In this document: positions 42,389-52,037 of the stretch, piece by piece | Layout: each line of letters opens with the position of its first letter | How positions within the stretch are numbered: position 1 is the stretch's first letter | Source: an uncultured virus (IMG/VR IMGVR_UViG_3300037067_020960) | Lineage: Duplodnaviria; Heunggongvirae; Uroviricota; Caudoviricetes | IMG/VR virus record: IMGVR_UViG_3300037067_020960 | Length of the DNA stretch: 64,000 nt | Direction: 5' to 3' (one strand) | Translations under genes and position numbers: made by a program | Notes under the pieces: generated by a model | Seen by the model: the letters and a program-made list of their open reading frames with translations, nothing else | Databases searched by the model: none | What the model was told of the DNA's origin: nothing

Positions 42389-44162
42389 ATTTAAGTTGAA
42401 AAATTAAATTTCCACAATCCCAAATTCTATCGTAGCCATTGAGTTGCATGTTCTCCCATTCGGTGAGTTTGCAATCAAAAATTGGGAAAATCTTAGATAA
42501 TTTATATTTCTGATAAGAAATGCGGGATTCTAAATTAAAATGGTCTTTCATGTAAAAATAATTTGGACCCGAAATATTTGTCAATTTAAAACCATTTTTT
42601 AAGTATACATTTCCTGTTGAAAATCTTCTATCTGCATAAGTCATCAATGATTTAGAATTATATGTTTTGAGAAAATAGGATAAAAGCTTCGAAAAACCTC
42701 CAATTACATTGGTATTTAATTTATTGCAATATCTCAATAATTCATATTCATATTTCTTGTTGTATCTTGGTTTTCCTAATGTCATTAGAGAAATGAGCTC
42801 ATTATTGAGAAATAATCCTAATCTAATTTTAGAATTGATAGATCCTTGAATATGATTTTCATTTAAGAATTTCTCAGAATCTTTATGAGAAATTTCTTTT
42901 ATTTCACATTTTCTAGCAAATATTTTTTCTTTAATTAATCCTAATTTTGCTAATATGATAGATTTTACAATATCTTGTTTTTGATACCATTCATTTCCGA
43001 AAATATGAACTACTTGAATATCTTTATTTAAAAAATATTCTGATTTTTCAAGATGGTAAGCAGGATGTTTTCCTCCACTAATTTCTGAATGGGTATATAA
43101 ATCATTATATTCAATTCCAATATTTTTCAATGGAATCCAGACATCTAATTCATATTTATATTTTTTATTTTCATAAAATCTTTTATTTCTTTCAATCAAG
43201 ATGTATTGTTCTAGCCAATTCTGAATTTCTCGTTCTGTATGAGAAGTGCCATATAAAATTGGATCACATATTAAACATCGAGGGATTAATCCATTTTTTA
43301 CATATCCTTCGAAAACATTAGAACATTTTATGCATTGCCATTTATATTTTTGGATTTTCCCACCAACATATTCTTCTAATGTGAATAATGGTTTAACAAT
43401 TTTAAGATTTAATATATGGTTATTGTAATATTGTTTGGCATTATGGTTTTTAATAGATTTTTGAATTTTTCCAGAACAAAATGGATTTTCGACCCCATAT
43501 TTTTCTAAATTTCTTTTCCTGATTTTTTCTTTAATAATTTCAGAATTAAAAACCCATTCTACACCATATTTTCCTTGATTAGTTTTTTTAATCTTTTCTT
43601 TAATTATATTAGATTTCAAAGGATTATCAACTCCATAAATTTCAATATTAGTTTGTTTAATTTTTTCTCGAATAATTTTAGATTTTAATGGATGACCTTC
43701 GATATAATGATTTTCAAAAGTATTTTTTATTTTCTTTTTTACTTCTTCATTCGCAAAAGGATTTTCACATCCATATTTTTTCAAATTAGTTTGTTTAATT
43801 TGTTCTTTAATTACATCAGATTGAAAATGACATTTAGTTCCATAAATTTCAAGAGTCGTTTGAATTCTTTTTTCTTGAATTTTCCTTTTTTCTTCTTCGC
43901 TTCTATTTGCTATAGTCTGTTTCATCTTTACAGACACTTCTTTGTTCTTCATTGGATTATCACATCCATATTTTTCAATAGCTTTCTGTCTTTTTTGTTC
44001 TTTTACTTTGGGAAGTTGTGATGGATTGGTTACACCATATTTTTTTAGATAATATTCTTTACGACGTTGTAATTCTAGTCGTCTTCCTTTTTCTGATTTA
44101 CGACAATTTGAACTACAAAACAAATTTCTTGTTTCTTTCCCACAAATTAAACAATTATTCAT
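42387..44162 (-). CDS. Hef-like protein: Zn finger, KYGVENP repeats, PD-(D/E)XK/Vsr-like nuclease and C-terminal Mom-like GNAT domain
   Basis: CLICG..FCS..C; about 8 (K/I)YG(V/C)xNP repeats; ELDVW..IGIEYND.YTHS; ELLRYC..GGFSKLL..TYADRRFS.GNVY..GF..IWDCG. Confidence 0.75.
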   Translation of the reverse strand: MNNCLICGKETRNLFCSSNCRKSEKGRRLELQRRKEYYLKKYGVTNPSQLPKVKEQKRQKAIEKYGCDNPMKNKEVSVKMKQTIANRSEEEKRKIQEKRIQTTLEIYGTKCHFQSDVIKEQIKQTNLKKYGCENPFANEEVKKKIKNTFENHYIEGHPLKSKIIREKIKQTNIEIYGVDNPLKSNIIKEKIKKTNQGKYGVEWVFNSEIIKEKIRKRNLEKYGVENPFCSGKIQKSIKNHNAKQYYNNHILNLKIVKPLFTLEEYVGGKIQKYKWQCIKCSNVFEGYVKNGLIPRCLICDPILYGTSHTEREIQNWLEQYILIERNKRFYENKKYKYELDVWIPLKNIGIEYNDLYTHSEISGGKHPAYHLEKSEYFLNKDIQVVHIFGNEWYQKQDIVKSIILAKLGLIKEKIFARKCEIKEISHKDSEKFLNENHIQGSINSKIRLGLFLNNELISLMTLGKPRYNKKYEYELLRYCNKLNTNVIGGFSKLLSYFLKTYNSKSLMTYADRRFSTGNVYLKNGFKLTNISGPNYFYMKDHFNLESRISYQKYKLSKIFPIFDCKLTEWENMQLNGYDRIWDCGNLIFQLK

Positions 44163-44702
44163 TTAAGAATTTCTCCTTTTATGGGAGATACCTCTTTCTA
44201 ATTTTTCTTTTAATTCATCCCAACTTTTAGAAAATTCATGATTAGAAAAAGCTTCACGAAGCCCAGTAGATTGTTTAAGTCTTAGAACTTCATCTTCATC
44301 CATACCTAAATATTTAGAAATATCTGAATCAGACATTCCATTTTTTGAAAGAGTAACAACTATATTTGCATCACCATCGATTTTATGTTTTCCTCTGGCA
44401 CGATTAAATTGAACAGTAGCAGTCATACGTTCATTCATATTATGATTTAAAACAATAACAGGAACAACATTGCTTTTATAATGATCTCTCAATATTATAT
44501 ATCGATGATATCCATCAATAATGACATATTTTTCTTTTATTTTGTCATATATTACAACAATTGGATAACAAAAACCATTTTGATCGATTGAAGTTTTTAA
44601 TAAATCCATATTGACACAAGATACAAAATTAGGATTATAATCATTAGCTTCTACTAATTCTGTTTTTACAAATTGTATATCCATATTAAATTTTAGTGAC
44701 AT
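44163..44702 (-). CDS. ibrB: IbrB-like ParB/Srx N-terminal domain protein
   Basis: ANDYNPN, SI..NGF..PIVV, IIDGYHR, ATVQFNRARGKH, LGMDEDEVLRLKQ. Confidence 0.88.
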   Translation of the reverse strand: MSLKFNMDIQFVKTELVEANDYNPNFVSCVNMDLLKTSIDQNGFCYPIVVIYDKIKEKYVIIDGYHRYIILRDHYKSNVVPVIVLNHNMNERMTATVQFNRARGKHKIDGDANIVVTLSKNGMSDSDISKYLGMDEDEVLRLKQSTGLREAFSNHEFSKSWDELKEKLERGISHKRRNS

Positions 44703-45892
44703 TTAATTCCTCTTTTCAATTTGAGACTATCAAGAAGTTGATACCCTTTTTTAGATTCACCAAAACTGAGACGTTTCATCCAGAAATCATTTTTTTCGAG
44801 GGCACGAGCAATAACTTGCCAAGAGATATATTCTTTTGAATTTGAAACAGTTTTATCAGTAATATCTTGATTATATTTTTTCTTATGATATCTAAGAGTA
44901 ACTTCAATTTTATCTATATACCACAAAGCAATATCTAGATTCCTAAGAGAAATTGATTCTATGAGAAAACAACAATATTGTTCCCAAGTCATATTTTTAG
45001 GTTTATTTGTTTTAAGATGACCAAATAATTTACTTCTTGAATATAAAGCTCCACAATTTACTCCAGAAACTCGATTTATAATTTTTTCCCAAGTTTCTGG
45101 TTCTGTTTTAGCAAATAAATCCAATCCAATTCTTTGTTGAATTCCAAATGGCTGACAAATTCTCATATCGTGTATAGACCAACCACATTTATACATTTGA
45201 TCATATATTTTATTATAGGAAAAATTCATTAATCCAACACATTTCCAAATATCTTTTACATCCCAATCAAACATGGGATAAAATCTATATATTTGTTTGT
45301 TTCCATTTACACTCTCAGCTTGATGAATTGACCAACGATATCCTTTATAAGTTTCATTATAACGATTATTGATTGATATTCTTCGATCATAACTTTCTTT
45401 TGCTCTAATTCCAACACAACAGGCAATATTTTTTCCATTTCTATATTTTTTATAATGCCAATCAGAAAATAAAGCATAGAATTCGAAATCAGCCATACCT
45501 TTTTTGAACCATGAAAAATCATGATTAGATTCATTAATCGAATCAATTGGTATTTCTCGTGTCCAAATGCTTTTTTTATCTTGATCCCACATAATCCATT
45601 GAGGTTCAAAAAATGAACAAGCATTATCTTCTTCGAATGGTAAACAAATATGAAAGAAATGATGTAAATTAGATAAATGTTTTAATTCTTCAATATGAGA
45701 AACAGTGAATTTCGAAATGGCTTCTTGATCTAAAAACATAACATCGAATTTTTTATTTATTTTTTGTGCAACATGATTTGCTAATTGCACCATGACAGAA
45801 CTATCTTTTCCGCCAGATACAGAAAAATAAATATTTTCAAAATCTGAAAAAATGATTTCTAATCTTTTTAAAGTTGCTTCTAAAACATTCAT
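44693..45892 (-). CDS. ibrA: IbrA-like PAPS-reductase-family (PP-loop) protein with DUF3440-like C-terminus
   Basis: SVSGGKDS, GIRAKES..R, FYPMFDW...DIW, MRICQPFG, RVSGVN, KNDFW..RLSF. Start re-called to MNVLEA at 45892. Confidence 0.88.
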   Translation of the reverse strand: MNVLEATLKRLEIIFSDFENIYFSVSGGKDSSVMVQLANHVAQKINKKFDVMFLDQEAISKFTVSHIEELKHLSNLHHFFHICLPFEEDNACSFFEPQWIMWDQDKKSIWTREIPIDSINESNHDFSWFKKGMADFEFYALFSDWHYKKYRNGKNIACCVGIRAKESYDRRISINNRYNETYKGYRWSIHQAESVNGNKQIYRFYPMFDWDVKDIWKCVGLMNFSYNKIYDQMYKCGWSIHDMRICQPFGIQQRIGLDLFAKTEPETWEKIINRVSGVNCGALYSRSKLFGHLKTNKPKNMTWEQYCCFLIESISLRNLDIALWYIDKIEVTLRYHKKKYNQDITDKTVSNSKEYISWQVIARALEKNDFWMKRLSFGESKKGYQLLDSLKLKRGIKCH

Positions 45893-45905
45893 AATATCAG
45901 ATGTT

Positions 45906-46181
45906 CTAATGAGTTCTGGCGCGTGCGTCAATACATGCATCATTATCACAAATTTCTTTTAATGTTCCATCAAGTAAATTTAATTCGTTATGAATGACTC
46001 CTCCGCATTCACAAATTTCTGGAGGAAAATCACAGAAGGAACAATTTTTATCTCCTAAATGATGGAGGGATAAACATTGAGACTTAGGTGATGAATTATA
46101 TTTCGGAACAAAACAATTAGATGACAAATCAGGACCCATTTCATTACAAATGTGAATAATCGCACAATTTTTACAATCCAT
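45906..46181 (-). CDS. Small Cys-rich hypothetical protein
   Basis: Multiple CxxC/CxC motifs. Confidence 0.55.
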   Translation of the reverse strand: MDCKNCAIIHICNEMGPDLSSNCFVPKYNSSPKSQCLSLHHLGDKNCSFCDFPPEICECGGVIHNELNLLDGTLKEICDNDACIDARARTH

Positions 46182-46299
46182 AAAATTTCTCTCTTCTTTT
46201 AAGCGTCTAATACTTCATTACAGAAACTTTCATTTTGATTAAGCCCTTTCCTTTAATATATTTTTAAAGTTAGCCACAGAGAGCATGTGAGCTCGATGC

Positions 46300-46506
46300 T
46301 TACAACCAAGGACCTTGGCTATCTTGTAAAACTTCTTTATTGCATCTGGGACAAATTCCTTTAAAATTAACTCCGTCAAAATCCTGATAGTGTTTTGGAG
46401 CTAAATGCCATCCTAAATGATCACAAAACCATTTTGGTAAATGTTCATTAAATAGCACACAAGCAAATAGTGCTATTATTAAAAATAATATTATATAATA
46501 AAACAT
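46300..46506 (-). CDS. Small membrane-anchored Zn-ribbon protein
   Basis: N-terminal TM, C..LGWH, CPRC; AAGGAGG RBS. Confidence 0.65.
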   Translation of the reverse strand: MFYYIILFLIIALFACVLFNEHLPKWFCDHLGWHLAPKHYQDFDGVNFKGICPRCNKEVLQDSQGPWL

Positions 46507-46528
46507 TTTCGAAATCCTCCTTTTTAAT

Positions 46529-46557
46529 ATAATACCGTAAAAATAGCAAATTGTAAA
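46529..46557 (-). promoter_or_regulatory. Sigma70-type promoter for the IbrAB operon
   Basis: TTTACA-17 nt-TATTAT on the minus strand. Confidence 0.6.
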
Positions 46558-46725
46558 AGAAAAAGTTTGAACACTCCATCAGCACAAGACTGATGGCTTC
46601 AGAGATTGTGTTCTCAATCTGAAAAATTTAGGATTTTTAATCTTCTCTCTATTACTATAATAAAGTTTAAAATATTTTTCAAGAAAGTTAGTTCGAAGGT
46701 ATAAGTTAGAAACAAGGAGAAATTT

Positions 46726-49700
46726 ATGTCAAAAAAAAAGAAAAATAAGAATCATTTAAAATCCATAGAACAAAAATCACAAAATCTCGATTTTATACAA
46801 TATAAAAATATTTCATCAAATAATCCTGAAAGCACTATTTCTTCAGAAATAATTCCTCAACCACTTTTAGAGCCTCAAAAATCAGATAAATTACCATATT
46901 TATTCAGTATATGTATTTCAACATTGGCAAAAGGTGAATTTTTAATTGAATGTTTAGAGTCAATTGAGTCTACAAGAGTATTTGCTTATGAACAATATTG
47001 TGAGCCTCCGTATGAAGTTGTAGTGTTGATTGATGGTAAAGAATATAATCAAAACATTTATAACAAATTAAAAGCACATGCTGTCAAATATCCACATGTT
47101 AAAATTTTAGAACATGATAAATTTGATTCTTTATCGAAAGCATGGAATTATACCATCAAAAATTCCACAGGAAAATTTGTTGTAGTATTAAATGACGATA
47201 CAGTAGTGCATGACAAATGGCTTGATTTGTTTTATCATGGATGGTTTCAAATATCTCGTGATGCAGGAATGCAAGAACAAAAAGTTCTTCCCGGAATTAT
47301 TTTTCCGACTATCTCAAAAGCTCATTTAAAAACTAACGTTCGTGAAGCTCCAGTTGGTGACCAAGGTAAAATCGTGCATCTCACAAGATTTCGCGAATAT
47401 CCTGCAGGAGTGTGTATTTTCACATCAAGAGAAGTTCTTGAAAAAATAAAATATTTTGATGAATCATTCTTGGATTATTCTGCAGAAGATGCTGACCTTT
47501 GTTATAAAATTTGGGATGCAGGAATGGATTTATTTGTTGACGAAAGAATTTGGATCAAACATATTCATAGTGCATCAGTTGAAGATACGGAAGAAAAAAA
47601 GAAAAAAAAGGGTGAAATCTATAAAAGGAATGGCCAACAATTTATTGATAAATGGGCAAAATATTTAAAAAAGACTTTGCCTGCTCCTTCGAAAATTGTT
47701 AAACACATTGATTTTAATGAACTTGTTTCAATTGTAATGCCCGTTAAAGATGGAGCAAGATTTATTCAACATGCTATTGTTTCTATTCAGAAAAATTCTT
47801 ATAAAAATCTTGAAATTCTAGTTTTAGATTGTGGATCAACTGATAATACATCTGCTATAATTTCTAAAATGGCCGAAAGTGATAGTAGAATCCGTTTGAT
47901 CCGTGATCAAGAAATGACTTACGCTCAAGCATTTAGAAAGACATTTGATTTAGCAAAGGGAGAATATATTGCACAATTACAAGTTGATGATACAATACAT
48001 GAAACTTGTATTGAAAAATGTGTTGCTAAATTAAGATTAGAACCAACTGCTTCATTTGTGTATACAAATCAAATTGCATGTGATGGTAAACATGTACCAA
48101 TTGGTCAATCTGAAAGAACTAAAACTATGTATTCACAATTAATGCTTGTTTGTAATTTTATGGTTAGTGATTTCAGAATGTTTAGGAAATCAATTTATGA
48201 CATTATTGCAAAAGATTGGAATATGATTGGTAATTGGATGCCTGATTATGATTTAATCTTAAGGATGTCAGAATTAGATAACCATCCAGTGCTGTTTATT
48301 GATGAATTTCTTCATTGGAAAAAATTTCGTCCTGATGGAATGCATGCAAAATATTGTTTAGAACAACTTTTAGATATGAAACATTGTGCAGAAGCAGCAC
48401 TCAACAGACGAGGATTAACAAGTGAAGGATATTATTTAACACACGAAGCTACGTTGAAATCTAATTTGCATAAAGGGAATTCTGCAACTGCTGCTTGTAA
48501 ACAAAATAGGAATACTCCGGAAGTATGGAGTAAAATCCTTGAATTATGTAAAGAAAAAAAGAGAAGTATGTTCATTCGTCCTGATGGAAGAACTAAAATA
48601 GATGAAATGAAAAAGATGGTAGAAACAATTAATGTTACTGATCGAATATTAGATTTGGGTTGTGGAAATGGAGAATTAATTTTCATGTTGAAAGATAAAG
48701 GAGTTCCTGCCTCTAATCTTTGCGGCATTGATTTTGCGGTTGGTGGGGATGTTCTTAAAAAAGATATACAACAAAAGGATTGGTTTAATGGAAAAGATAA
48801 ACAATTCGATGTTATTTTTCTCACACATGTCATTCAACATTTGGAGAAACCTCAGAAAACAATGATTTATATCACTAATTATCTCAAAGATAATGGGAGA
48901 TTAATTGTTTCAATCCCTTCAGAAATGGATAATAGGTATGATGTTGAAGGTTTGAATATAAATTTCTGGAGAAATGCTGAAGAAGTTGAGGGTTGGTTTA
49001 ATACTTTTGATTTTGATGTGATTAATAAGACAAAAGAATGGGGAGTTGCTGGATCTTTATGTTATGAATTAATTAGGAGACCTCGAAGAAGTTGTAATGT
49101 GGAATATTTACAAAAATGTAAAGAAAATGCAGACATTACTGTGTTTATGCCAATGTATAATAGAGAAAAATTTATACGACAAGCAATTCGAGGAATGCAA
49201 TCTCAAACTTATGAAAATTTCATTTTGAAAGTATATGATGATTTTTCAGAAGATAACGGTTGTGCAATTGTTGAAGAAATGATGAAAACTGATCCTCGTA
49301 TTGAATTAATCAAGATGCCAAAGAAAACTGGAATTACTCCGCTCTATCCAATCATGTATGATACAGCAAACACAAAATATTTTTGTCAAGTTGACAGTGA
49401 TGATTATATTGCTCCTAAAACTTTCGAATTAACAAGAAATTTTTTAGAATCTAAAGAAGAAACTACTGGTGTGGGATTTACCGACTATATTTCAATGGCC
49501 GATAATGAAAAATTATCAGCAGTGGGCGATAGGACGAGAATGTCATTTTCAATGGAAAATATCCTTGAATACTTTATGACATTTCAGTTCAGATTACAAA
49601 GAGTAAGTGCATTTAGAGCAATGTCAAAAATTAATTGGCCAACACCAGGATCAAATGCTGGTCCAGATTATGAATTGAGTGTTAGATTGTCGGAAGTCAC

Positions 49701-49848
49701 GCATTTTGAAAGAGTTCCTTATCCTTGTTATTATTATAGACAACATGGAGGAACGATTAATTCAAATCGGAAAGATGATCAAAGAAAAAGTTCTTATTTG
49801 ATTATTGAAGAAGCAAGAAAAAGAAGAGCTTTAAAGTATAAAGTATAA
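46726..49848 (+). CDS. Multidomain glycosyltransferase: GT2-GT2-SAM methyltransferase-GT2
   Basis: Three GT-A units (FSICIST..LNDD..EDADL; VSIVMPV..LDCGSTD..QVDD; ITVFMPMYN..YDDFSED..VDSDD) and ILDLGCGNG..HVIQHL. Confidence 0.9.
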   Translation: MSKKKKNKNHLKSIEQKSQNLDFIQYKNISSNNPESTISSEIIPQPLLEPQKSDKLPYLFSICISTLAKGEFLIECLESIESTRVFAYEQYCEPPYEVVVLIDGKEYNQNIYNKLKAHAVKYPHVKILEHDKFDSLSKAWNYTIKNSTGKFVVVLNDDTVVHDKWLDLFYHGWFQISRDAGMQEQKVLPGIIFPTISKAHLKTNVREAPVGDQGKIVHLTRFREYPAGVCIFTSREVLEKIKYFDESFLDYSAEDADLCYKIWDAGMDLFVDERIWIKHIHSASVEDTEEKKKKKGEIYKRNGQQFIDKWAKYLKKTLPAPSKIVKHIDFNELVSIVMPVKDGARFIQHAIVSIQKNSYKNLEILVLDCGSTDNTSAIISKMAESDSRIRLIRDQEMTYAQAFRKTFDLAKGEYIAQLQVDDTIHETCIEKCVAKLRLEPTASFVYTNQIACDGKHVPIGQSERTKTMYSQLMLVCNFMVSDFRMFRKSIYDIIAKDWNMIGNWMPDYDLILRMSELDNHPVLFIDEFLHWKKFRPDGMHAKYCLEQLLDMKHCAEAALNRRGLTSEGYYLTHEATLKSNLHKGNSATAACKQNRNTPEVWSKILELCKEKKRSMFIRPDGRTKIDEMKKMVETINVTDRILDLGCGNGELIFMLKDKGVPASNLCGIDFAVGGDVLKKDIQQKDWFNGKDKQFDVIFLTHVIQHLEKPQKTMIYITNYLKDNGRLIVSIPSEMDNRYDVEGLNINFWRNAEEVEGWFNTFDFDVINKTKEWGVAGSLCYELIRRPRRSCNVEYLQKCKENADITVFMPMYNREKFIRQAIRGMQSQTYENFILKVYDDFSEDNGCAIVEEMMKTDPRIELIKMPKKTGITPLYPIMYDTANTKYFCQVDSDDYIAPKTFELTRNFLESKEETTGVGFTDYISMADNEKLSAVGDRTRMSFSMENILEYFMTFQFRLQRVSAFRAMSKINWPTPGSNAGPDYELSVRLSEVTHFERVPYPCYYYRQHGGTINSNRKDDQRKSSYLIIEEARKRRALKYKV

Positions 49849-49876
49849 AGATGTTATAAAATCAAAAAAGGGTAAT

Positions 49877-50284
49877 ATGAAATTAACTGAAAAAATTGAG
49901 GAATTAACAAAAGAATTACAATTATCTTTGAAATTGTTAGACAAATTTTCAGATTTAGAATTTGAAAAAGATCGTTGGAATAGAGTATTTTATTCTAGTA
50001 AATTGGCAAATGAACAGGTGACAAATGCAGATTTTACTCATTCTTGTGGATGTTGTTCGGACGCAGCTTTATTTGTTATGCCATATTTAGTTTACGAAGA
50101 ACAGAAAATATATAGCGAACCATATCAAATTATAATAGGAAGACAGTTTTCAAATGGTGGAGAAATTCCTAATGATGATTATAAATCTACATTGAAAGAA
50201 CATAATATTCCAGATATTATTATCGAACAAGTAAAAACATATTTCGAAGAAAATAAACCACATTTTGAAGAAAATGAGGTTTAA
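49877..50284 (+). CDS. Hypothetical protein (HSCGCC motif)
   Basis: ORF in a same-strand gene run. Confidence 0.65.
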   Translation: MKLTEKIEELTKELQLSLKLLDKFSDLEFEKDRWNRVFYSSKLANEQVTNADFTHSCGCCSDAALFVMPYLVYEEQKIYSEPYQIIIGRQFSNGGEIPNDDYKSTLKEHNIPDIIIEQVKTYFEENKPHFEENEV

Positions 50285-50304
50285 ACTATTAAAAAGGAGA
50301 ATTT

Positions 50305-50806
50305 ATGAGAAAAAATATTATTTTTAATAATTTTGATTATTATTAGTATTTCAGGTTGTAAATCGACTGATCCAAGATTGCACCCTAATTCTACTCCGAA
50401 TGTTATAGATTTTGGTGGAATGCAAGAATTTACTATGAAAGCACCTACTCAAATAGTCACAGAGAATGGAAAAACAACTGAAGGTCCAGTTTTTGAAACT
50501 GTTGTTGTGACTGATCCTGCTACTGGCAAAGTTACTACAACGACAAAGCCAATTCTCGTTAGTTTAAAAATGAAAGATCAAACGATGGTTGCACCGAAAA
50601 CTGGTTATGATATTATGGATAAATTTGTTGGATTCTTACCATTTGCTTGGTTTGGATATCTTGCTTCTGATGTTGCTAAAGTAGGTATTAAAAATGCTTC
50701 AAAAGATCCATTAGTAGTAACTCAAACTAATAAGGAACCAATTATTATTAGTTCTGAAGTAAATAGTACAACTGGAACTTCTAGTACCGGAATAGTTTAT
50801 CCTTAA
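50305..50806 (+). pseudogene. Lipoprotein with a frameshift in its signal peptide
   Basis: AAGGAG + ATG at 50305; removing one A from A6 (50310-50315) gives MRKILFLIILIIISISG|C in frame with the 50333 ORF. Confidence 0.65.
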
Positions 50807-51111
50807 TGTTTATTAGATTAGACAAAAAGTTTGTTAATGCTGGATCTCTTTTTGATATAAGTTTTGAAAACGCTAAGATTGAAAAGAGATCTGGCATCTT
50901 GTCATTTATTGTCAATGATAAAATTGTTGTGCCAATTCTGAATATCATAGATAATTACAAAGAATCTCACATAGATTATTATATTGAATTAAAGAATATT
51001 CTTCCACAAGATTTTGTCATATTCCAAGAAAAATTTGATTTACACGAAGAAGAATCTAAAAATAGTTTGGATAATGTCTCTGTTGTGAAGATGATGTCGA
51101 AAAAGGTATAA
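50806..51111 (+). CDS. Hypothetical protein
   Basis: TAATG stop/start overlap. Confidence 0.6.
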   Translation: MFIRLDKKFVNAGSLFDISFENAKIEKRSGILSFIVNDKIVVPILNIIDNYKESHIDYYIELKNILPQDFVIFQEKFDLHEEESKNSLDNVSVVKMMSKKV

Positions 51112-51144
51112 ATTCTTGTTTTATCGTCAAAAGAAAGGAAGTGT

Positions 51145-51387
51145 ATGAACAATAGAGAACAATTAGCAGATTATGCACATGATGCATGGTCAGGATGGAT
51201 GGAATATTTATTTGAAAAATCAAAAGAAAATTCCGATGGAAGTGTGACGATTCCTACTGAATTAGTCAAACGATGGAAACGTCAGCTTAATACCTCTTAC
51301 AAAGATTTATCTGAAAAAGAAAAAAATTCTGATAGAGATGAAGCTGATAAGATGATAAAGATATTTTTATTAGAAAGAGTTGATTAA
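51145..51387 (+). CDS. Hypothetical phage protein
   Basis: AH..WSGWM.YLF..RWKRQ..T.Y..LSE.EK.SDR.EAD; GGAAG RBS. Confidence 0.7.
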   Translation: MNNREQLADYAHDAWSGWMEYLFEKSKENSDGSVTIPTELVKRWKRQLNTSYKDLSEKEKNSDRDEADKMIKIFLLERVD

Positions 51388-51620
51388 TGTCAACAAAAAT
51401 CAGACGTTCTCAATTAGAAAAAATGCCAAAAGGCATGGCACTTCAATGGATTAAGAAAATGAATAAACTTCAATGTGACGATCCAGAATGGGTGACTGCA
51501 GTTAAAGAGGGTAAAATCATATTGAAGAATAACGAAGCGACAATTACAGCCCGAGAGCAATTGGTGAAATCATTACGAGAAAAAAACAGAGCAATGAAAG
51601 CACTAAAGAAACAAAAATGA
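51387..51620 (+). CDS. Hypothetical basic protein
   Basis: Coupled stop/start. Confidence 0.6.
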   Translation: MSTKIRRSQLEKMPKGMALQWIKKMNKLQCDDPEWVTAVKEGKIILKNNEATITAREQLVKSLREKNRAMKALKKQK

Positions 51621-51952
51621 AATTTCTTCATAAAATAGGAAAATTGATATTTTGTTTCTTAGCAGCATTCAGTAAAAAGAATGAAGATAAAGATTATATT
51701 CAATTTTGGTATTGCTGGCCAAAATGGACTTCAAGAAATAAAAACCCCAACATTTACAGAATACGCATTTGGATATGCGGATTTTTAACAGGGCATGAAC
51801 TCAGCAAAACTGAATGGGGATATGGTGGTGGAAATTTCGTGGATCGCCATTGTAGATGGCGTGATAAAGTAATTCGTGTCCCAAAATGCGAAGATGACGT
51901 TCCTCACAAAGCTATTGATAGAATGGCTAAGAGATTAGGATTTTACGAATGA
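51617..51952 (+). CDS. Hypothetical protein
   Basis: ATGA overlap. Confidence 0.6.
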   Translation: MKFLHKIGKLIFCFLAAFSKKNEDKDYIQFWYCWPKWTSRNKNPNIYRIRIWICGFLTGHELSKTEWGYGGGNFVDRHCRWRDKVIRVPKCEDDVPHKAIDRMAKRLGFYE

Positions 51953-52037
51953 CTATGAACCCTCCTTCACGACAAGCATGAAAAAGAACAAATATCGTAG
52001 CTTCGCACGAATATTGTAGATTTTCTTGCGGAGAATC

